This document shows positions 56,141 through 64,000 of a DNA stretch of 64,000 nucleotides, piece by piece. The stretch spans positions 1,440,001 to 1,504,000 of the forward strand of contig OZ251459.1 in NCBI GenBank assembly GCA_965242525.1. Reading direction: 5' to 3'. Both the position numbers and the translations under genes were made by a program. Origin of the DNA: an uncultured Candidatus Binatia bacterium. GTDB taxonomy: Bacteria > Desulfobacterota > Binatia > UBA9968 > JAJDTQ01. The notes below the pieces were generated by a model. It saw only the letters and a list, made by a program, of their open reading frames with translations, did no database searches and was not told the DNA's origin. Positions within the stretch are counted from its first letter, which is position 1, and each line of letters begins with the position of its first letter.

Positions 56141-57600
56141 CTGCCCATGCTCCGGGTCAGCGCGTGATGGGCCTGGGCGGACACCGCCATCAGGAAGAGG
56201 TCCAGGGGCAGGGTTCCCGGGGTGGACTCGTCGGGGTGGAGGGTGGACGCCTGGGGGGCCACTAGGTAGCAGGCGCCGCGGAATTGCGGGTGGCGTTCCA
56301 TGAGGGCGTGCAAGCCCGAGCGGGCGTGTCCCGGGGACGAAGCGACCTCGAAGGCCAGGGGACGCCCCGGGTGGTTGAAGACCAAATCCACCTCGTCCCT
56401 GCCTTCACGCCAGTAATGCAGACGGACCCCCGACCGGACGGCCAGGGAATACAGGGACGAAGCCGCCAAGTTCTCCAACAGGGACCCCATCTCCACGAGG
56501 TCCTCCAGGAGCGCCGGACCCCGCTGCAAGGCAGCGTTGCGAACCGCGCCGTCCAGGAAGAAGAGCTTGCGGCCCCGCTTCTGGACCGTGGCTTCACGAC
56601 CGGAGAAGTTCGGCAGGGTGAACACCAGGAAAGCGCTCTCCAGGTAGGAGAGGTAGCTGTCGAACGTGGGTTGGGACATCCCGAGTTCCTTGCAGACGTT
56701 GGTGGGGGAAAGGACCCCGGTCATCTGCCCGGCAAGGACGTAGAGCAACCGTTCCAGCATCAGCGGGTTGCCTACCCCGAAGGACTGGGGGATGTCCTTG
56801 TAAACGGCCCGTTCCACCGCGTCGCTGCGCAGCACCTGTTGGGACCGGAGCAACCGGTCCCGTTCATCGTCCCCGGGGCCGCGCCGGGCGGGGTCGAGGA
56901 GCTCGGGGAAACCGCCGGTGAGCATCAGGCTCTTGCGCCCGTCCGCGGCCTCCCGGGGAGCGCGCTCGCCTCGCCGCAGGGCCCGCAACGTCTCGGCAAG
57001 GGTATCGCCCGTGTGGGTCTCGTGGGGCTGTCCGATGAGGTCCAGGTACTCGGTCAACAGGTAGGGGGTGAGGTACTGGACTTCCCAGCGTCCCACGCCG
57101 CTCTCGTGACGGCGCTTCCGCAGGGCGGCTGTGGCGCTGGAGGTCGCGGCCACCTTCACCGGCCACCGGTCGTCGCAGAAGGTCTTGAGCCAGACGTCCC
57201 AGTCCGCGGCATAGACCAGTTCGTCCAGCATCAGGAAGACGGGCCGGTCGGCCGCGGCGCCGGAGCGGTGCAGCACTTCCCGGGCGAGGTCGCCCAGGCT
57301 CTGCTGCATCAGTAGCGGGTGGTCCATCCGCAGCCACCACACCCGGCGGGGGCTGACGCCTTCGCCCAGCAGGCGGCGGACCGTCTGGTAGAGGACGGTG
57401 GTCTTGCCCACTCGCCTCGGACCCACGATCAACTGGTAGCGCGGCAGCCGCCGGTCCATCAACCGCCGCCACAACAGGGCCGCCAAGGGGCGCTCCGTGG
57501 GCGGGGCGGAGACGGCATCGACACGGCCGGTCTCGTGCCACGGGTTCTGCTCGTCGAACACCCGCTCCAGGTCCCGTGAGCGGGAGGCGGGAATAACCAA
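56137..57600 (-). CDS. AAA_14 ATPase + HTH + DUF4143 protein
   Basis: GPRRVGKTT, LDE, GGFPE, YLSYLESAF, ENL..EVDLV. TTG start with GGAGG SD. Confidence 0.85.
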   Translation of the reverse strand: MVIPASRSRDLERVFDEQNPWHETGRVDAVSAPPTERPLAALLWRRLMDRRLPRYQLIVGPRRVGKTTVLYQTVRRLLGEGVSPRRVWWLRMDHPLLMQQSLGDLAREVLHRSGAAADRPVFLMLDELVYAADWDVWLKTFCDDRWPVKVAATSSATAALRKRRHESGVGRWEVQYLTPYLLTEYLDLIGQPHETHTGDTLAETLRALRRGERAPREAADGRKSLMLTGGFPELLDPARRGPGDDERDRLLRSQQVLRSDAVERAVYKDIPQSFGVGNPLMLERLLYVLAGQMTGVLSPTNVCKELGMSQPTFDSYLSYLESAFLVFTLPNFSGREATVQKRGRKLFFLDGAVRNAALQRGPALLEDLVEMGSLLENLAASSLYSLAVRSGVRLHYWREGRDEVDLVFNHPGRPLAFEVASSPGHARSGLHALMERHPQFRGACYLVAPQASTLHPDESTPGTLPLDLFLMAVSAQAHHALTRSMGR

Positions 57601-57616
57601 GGTCTCCTCCCCGGGA

Positions 57617-57675
57617 TTTATGCTAACCGCCGAATAACATAAAGGCAAACTACCTTATTCGACAGATAGCATAAA
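57617..57675. promoter_or_regulatory. 21-bp inverted repeat (operator-like) at the head of the defence operon
   Basis: TTTATGCTAACCGCCGAATAA (57617-57637) vs TTATTCGACAGATAGCATAAA (57655-57675), 18/21 match, 17-bp spacer. Confidence 0.6.
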
Positions 57676-57694
57676 CGACCGGGAGAAAACAGGG

Positions 57695-59524
57695 TTAACC
57701 CTTCTTTTTCGCCATGCCGGCCCGCTGGTCCACGCCGGTCTCGGCGTATCCGGGCTCCACCAGGGCGTCGATGACGTAGCGGCCTCCCTTGGCCACGGCG
57801 CGGGCGCCGCGCTCCAGGGCGGCGGCCAGCTCCTCGGACGTGGAAACCGGCGCCTCCCCGTCGAAGCCCTGGGCCCGGCCCATGGCGATGAGGTCCACCG
57901 GCGGGTCGTCCAGCCGCTGTCCGATCCAGCGGTTCCGCACCGGCCGCTTGCGCATCAGCGCCACCCGCTCCTGGTGCATCTCGTCGTTGTAGTAGGAACG
58001 GTTGTCCGCGATGACCACCAGCAGCGGCAGGTCCATGTGGGTGGCGGTCCAGAGGGCGTTGCAGCCCATGAGGTAGTCCCCGTCGCCCAGGACTCCCACC
58101 ACCAACCGGCCCTTGCCCTTGAGGGCCAGGGCGGTCCCCACCGAGTGGCCGGGTCCGCTGCCCACGCCGCCGCCGCCGTCGTTGCCCATGAACGACAGCG
58201 GGCCGGAGAACTCGGCGCCCTCGCCGGGCCAGCCGATGGGCAGGCGGGCGAAGGTGACGGGCTTGCCGCGGGCGAACTCCCGCACCGTCAGCGCCATGTC
58301 CGTGAGGGTCATGGGAGCGCCCTTCCTCGGCTGCGCCCGGCCCGTGGGCGTGCGGGTCCAATGGGTGAGTTTCGCCAGGCCCGCGGCCGCGGGGCGCTTG
58401 CGCCCGAAACCGTCCAGCAGTTGCGCCACCAGCGTGTCCGGGCACGCCGCCACCGGCACGTCCACCGCGGGCAGGGCCTGGTGGTCCATGCTCCAGCCGT
58501 TGGTGCGGTAGGTGTCCATGGAACAGTGGACGATGGCCTTGCCGGCCGGCGACTGGGTCTGGGACGCACCGAGGCAGCCCCGGAGGAAGCCCGCCAAGTC
58601 CAGCCAGTCGAGGCTGAGCAGGACGTCGGCCTTCTTCACCAACGCCGCCGCCTGTTTGGAAGGGCGCAGTCCCGGCGGGGCCACGTGCAGCGGATGCGTG
58701 GTCGGGAAGGAGGACGGGTCGTTGGAGCTCGTCAGCACCGGCGCCCCCAAGGCCTCGGCCAACCGCACCCGGCGGTCCCAGTCGGCCTTGCTGCGGGACA
58801 TGCGCCCCATGAGGACCACCGGGAACCTGGCCTTCTTGAGCAGGGTCCGCGCCCGGTTGACGACGGCCGGGGGCGCGCAGGGCGGCGCCGGCGGAGCGAA
58901 CCGCGACGCGTCCGGGATGAGCACTTCCTCCTTGAGCGGCTCCTCCTGGAGACCCACGTCCAGGCAGACGTAAACCGGGCCGAAGGGAGCGGTCCGCGCC
59001 ATCTGGTTGGCCCGCAGGACCGACTCCACCGCGGCCTGCGGCGAGGCCGGCTGGTCGTCCCATTTGGTGTAGTTGCGGATGATGGCGCCCTGGTCCCTGG
59101 CGGTATGGATCCAGTCGATCCACGGACGCCTCTTGTGCGCGTCCACCGGCCCGGTGGCGCCGAACACCACCATGGGGGTGCGGTCGCACCAAGCGTTGAA
59201 CAGGGTCATGGTGGCGTGCATCAGCCCCACGTTGGAGTGCAGCGCCACCGCCATGGGCTCGTCCGTGGCCTTGGCGTACCCGTCCGCGATGGAGACCGCG
59301 TGCTCCTCGTGCAGGCACGTGACCATCTGCGGGTTCTCGTTGCCCAGGTAGTTCACCAGGCTGTCGTGGAAACCCCGGTAGCTGGCGCCCGGCACCAGCG
59401 CGATGTACTTGAGGTCCAGCTCCCGGGCGACCGCGGCCACCACGTCGCTGCCCCAACGCATCTTCGGGCTGCCCAGGTCCTGCGGCCGATGTTTCGATGC
59501 GGTGCTGTCGTTGCGTCTTGCCAC
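57695..59524 (-). CDS. Thiamine-pyrophosphate-binding enzyme
   Basis: PGASYRGFHDS, CLHEEHAV, GDGD..DNRSY. GTG start. Confidence 0.88.
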   Translation of the reverse strand: MARRNDSTASKHRPQDLGSPKMRWGSDVVAAVARELDLKYIALVPGASYRGFHDSLVNYLGNENPQMVTCLHEEHAVSIADGYAKATDEPMAVALHSNVGLMHATMTLFNAWCDRTPMVVFGATGPVDAHKRRPWIDWIHTARDQGAIIRNYTKWDDQPASPQAAVESVLRANQMARTAPFGPVYVCLDVGLQEEPLKEEVLIPDASRFAPPAPPCAPPAVVNRARTLLKKARFPVVLMGRMSRSKADWDRRVRLAEALGAPVLTSSNDPSSFPTTHPLHVAPPGLRPSKQAAALVKKADVLLSLDWLDLAGFLRGCLGASQTQSPAGKAIVHCSMDTYRTNGWSMDHQALPAVDVPVAACPDTLVAQLLDGFGRKRPAAAGLAKLTHWTRTPTGRAQPRKGAPMTLTDMALTVREFARGKPVTFARLPIGWPGEGAEFSGPLSFMGNDGGGGVGSGPGHSVGTALALKGKGRLVVGVLGDGDYLMGCNALWTATHMDLPLLVVIADNRSYYNDEMHQERVALMRKRPVRNRWIGQRLDDPPVDLIAMGRAQGFDGEAPVSTSEELAAALERGARAVAKGGRYVIDALVEPGYAETGVDQRAGMAKKKG

Positions 59525-59610
59525 TGTGCGTCCCCCTTGCGTCGCTGAAGTTTTCGCCCCGGCACGGACCCTTCGAACCCCTTTTGGACGTTGCGCGCCT
59601 TGCAGCCCGG

Positions 59611-61176
59611 TCACCCTGCGCCGCGCAGGGTCTGCCGGTCCACTACCCCCGGACCCACGCCCTCTTCCCGAAGGAGGTTCTTCTGCACCTTCGAGCTCGG
59701 GGTCTTGGGAAGCTCCGGCCGGTAGTCGAGGTAGCGAGGGACCTTGAACGGCGCCAAGTGCTCGGCGCAGAACTCCCACAGTTCCTTCGGCGGCAAGTCC
59801 TCCCGGGAACCGCCGGAGTCGAGCACGATGCACGCCTTGACTTCCTCCTGCCGAATGGCGTCGGGCACCGCCACCGCCGCGGACTCGGCGATGAGCGGGT
59901 GCGAGTTCAGCACCCGCTCCACCTCCGCGGACGCGATGTTCTCGCCGCTCCGCTTGATCACGTCCTTCTTGCGGTCCACGAAATAGAGGAAGCTGTCCTC
60001 GTCCACGTAGCCGAGGTCGCCGGTGTAGAGCCAGCCGTCCCGGAGGGCGGCCGCGGTGGCGTCGGGGTTCTTGTAATAGCCCATCATCACCGCGGGGCTT
60101 CGCTTGACGATCTCACCGGTCTGTCCGGGCGGACAGACCTCCCCTTCGTCGTTGCAGATACGCACCTGGTGCACTTCGGGGGCGATGGCCACGCCGCAAC
60201 TGCCGAGCTTCCGTGCCGACGGCTCCAGCGGACCGAGGACGCTCAGCAGGTCCTCGGTGAGGCTGTAGGACGGGACCGCGGTGACGCCGAAACGCCGCTC
60301 GAACTCCAGGTGCACGTCCGGCGGCAACAGCGCCACCGCCTGCCGCAACGGCGTGTCCGCGTCCGCGGGGTCCGCAGGCAGGTTCAACAGGATGCGGGGG
60401 ATCGTCTGCATGATGCTCGAGGTCGTGATTCCGTGCTTCCTTACGTCGTCCCGGAAACGGGAAGCGCTGAACCGTTCCCCGAGCACCGCCGCGCCGCCCA
60501 CCGACATCATCGCAATGGTCATGTGGCAAAGCGCGTTCACGTGGAACAGGGGCATCACCACCAGCACCCGGTCTTCCTCGGTCCATCCCAGGGCGCGCGC
60601 CCGGCAGCTCGGGGCGAAAGCGAAGGCGTAGTGCCTGAGCATCACGCCCTTGGGCCGGTCGGTGGTGCCGGAGGTGTAGATGATGGACGCCAGGTCGTCG
60701 GGGGACGAGTCCGCGAGATCCTCCCCGCCGCCCGCCTGCCCGACGAAGTCCTCCCACCCCAGAGCGCCGTTGCCGGAACCCAGGGTGACCACGTGCTCCA
60801 GCTCGGGGCAGTCGCCGCGGACGCCGTCCACGAGCGGCAGGAAGGCGTCGGTGGTCACCAGGCAGCGGGCCTCGGAGTGGGCCAGGAGGTATTGCAGCTC
60901 CCCGGCCGTCTGCGCGGTGTTGAGAGGGACGAACACCCCTCCGACGCGCCCCAGGGCGAAGACCGTCCAGAGGTACTCCGGGCAGTTGGGCAGCAGCAAC
61001 GCCGCCTTCTCGCCCCTCCGCAGGGGGAGGGCCCCGAAGGCCCGGGCCGCCCGATCCACTTCCCGGGCGAACTCGGCGTAGCTCCAGCGCCGGCCGTCAT
61101 GGACCAGGCAGGGAGCGTCGGGCCGCTTCTCCACCCGGTCCCGCAACAGTTCTTGCAGGGTCGCGTACGCGGTCAT
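59611..61176 (-). CDS. AMP-forming acyl-CoA ligase (CaiC-like)
   Basis: YTSGTT..PKG, YSLTE, TGDLG, DRKKD, SGENI, PKTPSSKVQK. Confidence 0.9.
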   Translation of the reverse strand: MTAYATLQELLRDRVEKRPDAPCLVHDGRRWSYAEFAREVDRAARAFGALPLRRGEKAALLLPNCPEYLWTVFALGRVGGVFVPLNTAQTAGELQYLLAHSEARCLVTTDAFLPLVDGVRGDCPELEHVVTLGSGNGALGWEDFVGQAGGGEDLADSSPDDLASIIYTSGTTDRPKGVMLRHYAFAFAPSCRARALGWTEEDRVLVVMPLFHVNALCHMTIAMMSVGGAAVLGERFSASRFRDDVRKHGITTSSIMQTIPRILLNLPADPADADTPLRQAVALLPPDVHLEFERRFGVTAVPSYSLTEDLLSVLGPLEPSARKLGSCGVAIAPEVHQVRICNDEGEVCPPGQTGEIVKRSPAVMMGYYKNPDATAAALRDGWLYTGDLGYVDEDSFLYFVDRKKDVIKRSGENIASAEVERVLNSHPLIAESAAVAVPDAIRQEEVKACIVLDSGGSREDLPPKELWEFCAEHLAPFKVPRYLDYRPELPKTPSSKVQKNLLREEGVGPGVVDRQTLRGAG

Positions 61177-61261
61177 GGACGAGCCTGACCATAGACCAGG
61201 GCCGCTGCCGTTGCAACGTTGCAATCGTCCCGGGGAATCCGGGGACGAAGGCCGTTCTCGG

Positions 61262-62149
61262 TCAGGACTCCGCAGGGACCACCGTGACCTCGTCCGCGAT
61301 CTCGAAGCGCATCAGGTCCTCGCCCATGACCAGCTCGCCCGAGTAGCCTGCCCTGGCGCGTTCGAGGACCTCCCGGCGCTCGACGCCGTACGTCACCACG
61401 TGGGTGAAGGCGGCGACCTTGGGGTTGACCTGGGAGAAGACCGAGGCGGCTTCCTCCGGAGAGGTGTGGTGGCCGATGACGTGGGCCAGCCGCTCGGAGC
61501 GTTGCAGGTCCTCGGCCGGGGCCGCGGCGACCTCGTGCACCAGCAGGTCCACGCCGCGGGAGAACTCGATGAGGTTCTCGCTGTAGCGCGTGTCGCCGGA
61601 GAGGACCGCGGACCGGCCCTTGTAGTCGATGCGGTAGCCGAAGGCGGGCTTGACCGGAGCGTGGTCCACGTCGAAGACGGTGACCCTCAACCCGTCCTCT
61701 TCGTAAACGAAACCCTGCTCCACGTCCTCGGCGACCACCTCGACGCCGCCGGGGTCGAGCCGCTCGTCCACGTCCCGGCGCAGATGGATGTCGTACTCGA
61801 AGGCTTCCGCCAGCCTGGACATCATCCGGGAGGCGCCTTCCGGCCCCCACACGCGCAGGGGCCGGTGGCCCCGGCCGAAGATCCACGGGGTCAGCCAGAA
61901 GTCGGGGATGCCGACGATATGGTCGGAGTGGAGGTGGGTGAGGAACAGGTAGCGGAGCTCGCCCATGGGAACCCCGGCCTCCTCCAGGCGTTGCAGCGTG
62001 CAGCGGCCGCAGTCGAAGACGAGGTACTTCCCCGCGGCCTCCACCAGAGCCGCCGGTCCCGTGCGCCCCGGCTGGGGCTTGGGCCGTCCCGTTCCCAGGA
62101 GCGTCACCCGGAGCGCGTCCGTTCCTTCCTGCGCGCGCTCTCCGTTCAC
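61262..62149 (-). CDS. MBL-fold hydrolase (RNase Z/arylsulfatase-like)
   Basis: LLGTG.P, THLHSDH, SGDT, HE, HHT. Confidence 0.85.
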   Translation of the reverse strand: MNGERAQEGTDALRVTLLGTGRPKPQPGRTGPAALVEAAGKYLVFDCGRCTLQRLEEAGVPMGELRYLFLTHLHSDHIVGIPDFWLTPWIFGRGHRPLRVWGPEGASRMMSRLAEAFEYDIHLRRDVDERLDPGGVEVVAEDVEQGFVYEEDGLRVTVFDVDHAPVKPAFGYRIDYKGRSAVLSGDTRYSENLIEFSRGVDLLVHEVAAAPAEDLQRSERLAHVIGHHTSPEEAASVFSQVNPKVAAFTHVVTYGVERREVLERARAGYSGELVMGEDLMRFEIADEVTVVPAES

Positions 62150-62994
62150 GGCTCCGCGGCGTCCTCCAGCAGCAACAGCCCCATGCCCGTCAGCATGGGC
62201 GCGTAGTAGTTCCGGTGCACGAGCTTCACCCGGGGCGACAGGGCGCCGCGCATGCCCAGCCACATGATCATCTCCACCGCCTCGGCGCCTCCCTGCCGCA
62301 TGTACTCGTGGTGCGACAGGGCCGCCAACTCCTCGGGCCGGGCCACGATGCGCTCCATGAACGACCGGTCCCACTCCTCGTTGCGGAACCCGAAACGCTC
62401 CCCGTGGAGCTGGTGCGACAACCCGCCGGTGCCGAGGACGGCCACGCGCACGTCCTCGGGATAGCTCTCCACCGCCTGGCGCAGGGCCTTGCCCAGCTTC
62501 CACAGGCGGCGCGCGGTGGGGAGCGGGTGCTGCACCACGTTGACCACCACCGGAACCACCTTGATGTCCCATTGGGGCAGGTGGTCCCAGAGCAGCGGCA
62601 GCGGCGTCAGCAGCCCGTGGTCCACCGCCAGCTCCTGGCACACGGTCATGTCGAACTCGCTCTCCCGGATCAGCGACTCGGCCACGTGCCAAGAGAACTC
62701 CGGGTCGCCGGGAACCGGCGCCAGCGGACGCGGGCCCCAGCCCTCGTCCCCCGGCGGATAGCTGTCGGCCACGCCCAGGGCGAAGGTCGGGTACTTGTCG
62801 AAGAAGAAGTCCGTGCCGTGGTCGTTGTAGATGAAGACGGCCACGTCGATGCGCGCCTCCCGGAGCCATTCCATGGCCGGCCGGTAGCCGTCGAACAGCG
62901 GCTTCCACTCCGGGGCGTCCTGCTTGCCCTGGTCGAAGGCCGCGCCCACGGAGGGCACGTGCGAGGACCCGATGCCGGCGATGATCCGTCCCAT
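62146..62994 (-). CDS. ligB: Protocatechuate 4,5-dioxygenase beta subunit
   Basis: SSHVP, YNDH, DEGWGPR, VDHG, GTGGLSHQLHGER, EMIMW. Confidence 0.88.
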   Translation of the reverse strand: MGRIIAGIGSSHVPSVGAAFDQGKQDAPEWKPLFDGYRPAMEWLREARIDVAVFIYNDHGTDFFFDKYPTFALGVADSYPPGDEGWGPRPLAPVPGDPEFSWHVAESLIRESEFDMTVCQELAVDHGLLTPLPLLWDHLPQWDIKVVPVVVNVVQHPLPTARRLWKLGKALRQAVESYPEDVRVAVLGTGGLSHQLHGERFGFRNEEWDRSFMERIVARPEELAALSHHEYMRQGGAEAVEMIMWLGMRGALSPRVKLVHRNYYAPMLTGMGLLLLEDAAEP

Positions 62995-62995
62995 G

Positions 62996-63358
62996 CTACC
63001 GCGCCCCCCGGACCTTGCGGGTGCTCAGGAACTCGTCCAGGGTCTGTCCGCGGAACGCCGCGCCGATGTGCTGCAGGCTGTCCCCCGTCACCGAGCCCAT
63101 CTTGTACATGACGAAGATGTTGGCCCCGCCGTCCCGGGCCAGGGCGAGCCAGTCCCTGTCCCGTATCCTCCCCTTCTCCCAGTCGGACAGGCCGAAGCGG
63201 TCCATCAACCCCTCCGGGTCCTCCCCGAAGGCGGCGCGGTTCTCCGCCCTGTTCAGGGAAAAGAAGAACTTGTTGAGACGGTAGCCCTTGCGCGACAGGG
63301 CTCCGTCGAACACGTAGGTGCCCTCGATCTCCTGCGGGGCCTGTCCTGACCGTTCCAT
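62996..63358 (-). CDS. ligA: Protocatechuate 4,5-dioxygenase alpha subunit
   Basis: GTYVFD..SRKGYRLNKFFFSL..ENRAAF, GANIF. Confidence 0.85.
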   Translation of the reverse strand: MERSGQAPQEIEGTYVFDGALSRKGYRLNKFFFSLNRAENRAAFGEDPEGLMDRFGLSDWEKGRIRDRDWLALARDGGANIFVMYKMGSVTGDSLQHIGAAFRGQTLDEFLSTRKVRGAR

Positions 63359-63386
63359 CCTCGCGTCCCTCCGGCAACCGGCTTTC

Positions 63387-63562
63387 GGAACCACTGAACG
63401 ACTTCCGGAACCACTGAACAGAACTACTGAACGACTATCCCCGTTCATCCTGAACGTAGCAAGTTCGTCCTGAACGTAGCAATTATCCCCGTTCGTCCTG
63501 AGCGTAGCGAAGCGAAGTCGAAGGACGCGCCCTTGCCTCCGTCCCGATGGTCCAGAGGTTCC
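63387..63562 (-). mobile_element. Miniature element copy 12 with triplicated end and TTTC flanking duplication
   Basis: GGAACCACTGAAC at 63387 and 63407, variant at 63421. Core 63489-63530. End CCAGAGGTTCC. TTTC at 63383-63386 and 63563-63566. Confidence 0.82.
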
Positions 63563-63629
63563 TTTCGGCTTTCGCCCACCATAAGACGATTCGGAGGCGG
63601 CGTCAAACCTCGAACGGGCGAGGACCGGC

Positions 63630-63659
63630 TTGACACCCGACGGACGCCATTGGTATATT
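63630..63659 (+). promoter_or_regulatory. Sigma70-like promoter
   Basis: TTGACA-N18-TATATT with extended -10 TG. Confidence 0.6.
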
Positions 63660-63722
63660 TTCCCTCGCCGCACAGTAGGCAAGCAACCCAGCAGGCAACC
63701 CACTCACACGGGAGACCTCCCC

Positions 63723-64000
63723 ATGCCGGAACCCTCTTTCCAGGACGTGGCCGTAACCAACGGGGCGGAAGCCTTCCTGGCCCAGATCAACGCCAACCCG
63801 GACGTGGACTACATCTTCGCCAACACCGGCACCGACCACGGTCCGATCCTGGAAGCCCTGGCCAAGATGCGCCGCAGCGAGTCCAGGGGCGCCGAGATCG
63901 TGGTGGCGCCCCACGAGCAGGCCGCGGTTTCCATGGCCCACGGCTACTATTGCGTTTCGGGCAAGCCCCAGGTGGTGCTGGTGCACACCCTGCCCGGCAC
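63723..64000 (+). CDS. TPP-binding enzyme (acetolactate synthase-like), 5' part
   Basis: Manual translation: MPEPSFQD..GAEAFL..DYIFANTGTDH..PHEQAAVSMAHGY..VLVH. GGAGA SD. Confidence 0.85.
   Translation, partial: MPEPSFQDVAVTNGAEAFLAQINANPDVDYIFANTGTDHGPILEALAKMRRSESRGAEIVVAPHEQAAVSMAHGYYCVSGKPQVVLVHTLPG

Overview
High-GC bacterial chromosomal window. No rRNA, tRNA or CRISPR array was seen. Most of it is catabolic and transport genes: three protocatechuate/gallate-type ring-cleavage systems (PcaHG, LigAB, and a LigB-like enzyme with an RraA/LigK-like aldolase), a CoA-transferase, TctABC transporters, a full Mrp Na+/H+ antiporter, a non-Tat molybdoenzyme with a fused Fe-S/NrfD subunit, and an atypical SdhA-like flavoprotein with a 2Fe-2S protein and SthA. 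A ~19.5-kb minus-strand defence island (38098-57675) has a DUF499/DUF1156/SNF2-DUF3883 restriction-like backbone carrying a MAD3/MAD4-like ATPase pair and a lower-GC cargo block (DUF262+HEPN, zeta-like toxin pair, an IS630-interrupted AbiJ-like HEPN gene and a 302-bp IS4 deletion derivative). A second DUF499 gene runs off the left edge. Both DUF499 loci are headed by an AAA-wHTH-nuclease-like gene with an operator-like inverted repeat. Twelve copies of a composite miniature element are scattered across the window: a ~42-bp REP-like palindromic core inside GGAA..CTGAAC-type terminal inverted repeats. Two copies have tandemly amplified ends, and two sit in frame inside the defence methyltransferase. 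All family assignments come from motif recognition by eye, not database searches.
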